Part shown: one piece after another, positions 60,252 to 64,000 of the stretch
How the letters are laid out: each line of letters begins with the position of its first letter
How positions within the stretch are numbered: the first letter of the stretch is position 1
Assembly: GCA_051362555.1 (NCBI GenBank)
Contig: CM120641.1
Coordinates: forward strand, 48,986,401 to 49,050,400
Source of the DNA: Lingula anatina
Taxonomy: Eukaryota; Animalia; Brachiopoda
DNA length: 64,000 bases
Reading direction: 5' to 3'
The notes under the pieces: model-generated
Databases searched by the model: none
What the model was told of the DNA's origin: nothing
Seen by the model: only the letters and a program-made list of their open reading frames with translations
Made by a program: the position numbers and the translations under genes

Positions 60252-61291
60252 TTATATTTATACATACGTATATCTATATTTGTATGTATATTGCACTGAT
60301 CCTATATTGTTTACAGAACCTAGTTATAAGAAACACGAATACAAAGGGTAAATTCTGCAGTGTTTGTTAAACCACACTTTAAATGCATAGGCAGCATTCA
60401 CTTTGATCGTGGCTAAAATGAAACAATGGAGGTCAACTAGAACAAGGAATGGCAACAAATTTTACAGGAGGCAAAATAGCATTTTAAAAATTGAACATCC
60501 CAAGATCCTGTCCCCCAATACATCTTAACAAAGCATACAAAATGACTGCAGGTATTTTGTTCAAAATATCCTTACTATCCAATGAAAAAGGTCCACACAA
60601 AGAACAACTGAGTAGAAATCGATCCTTTGTTTTTGTCTCATGTTCTGACATCATTTCAAAACATCTGGGCTGAAGTCCTGCCCACATTGAAGATTCAAAT
60701 CTCCATCTCCCTTGTCTTACATTTCACTGTTATTTCCAGGGATGTGATACAATATTTTCTCAATACCCACTCATCCCCTTTCATCATGTCCAACAGTTCT
60801 GCCAGAAGAAACACCATCCACACCTCTGTGTACAGGGAGGTGTTAGATGGCCAACAGATCATTAGAATATATGTGTTTGCAATACCTGGTGCTGAATGCA
60901 TTCTGAAACTTAAAGCAAACCTCTGCACCCATGGGCAACTGTTGCCCTGCATCTGTGCCAAGTGTTCCACGTGAACTCTGGAGCTCCACTGAATGTCCTT
61001 GACACCCATGCCATGGTGTGGTGTATTATGTTCATGGTGTATTAAGTTGTACTGGTATTCCATAGAGTCACTTGGTTAAGGGACCAAAACAAGAACTGTT
61101 CCGTACAGTGAGCCCCGACTCTGGAACCTCTCCCTACTGTCCACCCCCCCCTCTATCTCTTTCTCTCTCCCTCTCTTTCTCTTTTCAACTGGAGTAAAAA
61201 ACCACTGGGTTCCAGGAGAGCAAGGTGACATCAATGTAAGGAAATAAAAATGGTGTATTATGTAATCCAATCTCCATAGAAAGTCATCCAA

Positions 61292-62664
<1,373 letters not shown>

Positions 62665-63230
62665 CTGTAATAAGACAAACAAGCTCTGTTACATGGACCA
62701 TTTAAATGCAAATGATACTTATTTTTCTGATGAAAAAAAATGAGCTGCTCTGAAAAGATGAAGAATAGCAAGACCATCCCAAACCCTACAGTTTATGCAG
62801 TAATGAGATACAGGGAGTAAGAAAATATCCAAACCAATTTATTGAGACCACCTGCTGTTCATTACCATGAAATAGTCACTGTGTGGCTTTTTAAGTTCTT
62901 CATGCTTAAAACTTCTCAAATATGTAATAATATATATTCTATGCAATTGCAAAGTGAGCAATGCATGCTCCAATTCAATGGCATATATCAAAACATGCTT
63001 ACTTTTTTGTGCTGAAATCAATTTTCAAAGCTTTAAAGTTATGCATGTGGAATATCATATGCATAAAAGTCCTATCTGCCCAACACAAGAATTGTATTTA
63101 ATAAATACATCCTTAGATTATCCTCTAGTCAGTCTACAGAGATCTTTATATTGGAAACCAGAACTCAATGGAACTCAAGCTATGCTGTGGTAGCTATTGC
63201 ATATTACATAATTCCACCAAGTGGTAAATT

Positions 63231-63742
63231 TGCCTTGAGTAACTGACAATGTTCCCAATGCCTGTTTATTTTTAATATGCCTTGAGTAACTGACAATGTT
63301 CCCAATGCCTGTTTATCTTTAATATGCCTTGAGTAACTGACAATGTTCCCAATGCCTGTTTATCTTTAATATGCCTTGAGTAACTGACAATGTTCCCAAT
63401 GCCTGTTTATCTTTAATATGCCTTGAGTAACTGACAATGTTCCCAATGCCTGTTTATCTTTAATATGCCTTGAGTAACTGACAATGTTCCCAATGCCTGT
63501 TTATCTTTAATATGCCTTGAGTAACTGACAATGTTCCCAATGCCTGTTTATCTTTAATATGCCTTGAGTAACTGACAAGGTTCCCAATGCCTGTTTATTT
63601 TTAATATGCCTTGAGTAACTGACAAGGTGCCCAATGCCTGTTTATTTTTAATATACCTAGAGTAACTGACAATGTTCCCAATGCCTGTTTATTTTTAATT
63701 TGCCTTGAGTAACTGACAAGGTGCCCAATGCCTGTTTATTTT
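63231..63742. repeat. 47-bp x11 minisatellite in a CACNB intron
   Basis: Unit TGCCTTGAGTAACTGACAATGTTCCCAATGCCTGTTTATCTTTAATA. Confidence 0.95.
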
Positions 63743-64000
63743 TCACCAACAAACCTCTCTGTAATGAGAAACTTAAGTGCAACCTTTCTCCAAACAAGTT
63801 GTACAGGAAAAAAATTCCAGATATTTTTTATAAATACATATCACACATGCAGTTGCAATAATATTTCCCTGTCTTAACTTCAGAACAATCAAATGCAGCA
63901 AATGTTGTGCAGCAAAATGCAAATATTACTGCCTCAATTCTTCAACACAAAAAACATGCATCAAGTTGACACGACAACCAGTATTTTCAAAACATATTGA

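Noticed and set aside
63231-63742. 47-bp array as another splice-junction repeat
   Set aside because: No CACNB exon sequence is recognisable in the unit, so it is treated as an ordinary intronic minisatellite.

Overview
AT-rich animal genomic DNA, probably from an invertebrate (inferred from gene and repeat content). It holds five spliced host genes: the 3' half of an ACOXL-type peroxisomal acyl-CoA oxidase (+, ends in SKL), a complete d4/DPF (requiem, C2H2, double-PHD) gene (-), a complete ARHGEF33-like RhoGEF (+) head-to-head with it, a C2H2 zinc-finger gene (-), and the 3' exons of a voltage-gated Ca channel beta subunit (-). Mobile DNA: a near-complete DIRS1-type tyrosine-recombinase retrotransposon (ITRs, ICR, gag, RT-RH-MT, YR) nested in a dead Ngaro-like element; a 5.6-kb CTAGGATCC-TIR element with 7-bp TSD inserted exactly in a splice acceptor (it carries a Harbinger MITE); a 34-bp 17+17 remnant of the same family; and a Helentron/HINE-like element. 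Three observations stand out. (1) About ten exon-intron or CDS-end junctions in three genes carry tandem duplications of the junction itself, including eight identical in-frame donors in the DPF PHD2 exon. (2) The DIRS1 element shows a coherent expression model: a T TTT TTA -1 frameshift from gag into pol, plus a phase-0 GT-AG intron that would fuse this frame to the recombinase. (3) The CTAG/7-bp-TSD transposon family has a P-element-like footprint. All calls were made by eye with no database searches, and exon coordinates are manual.
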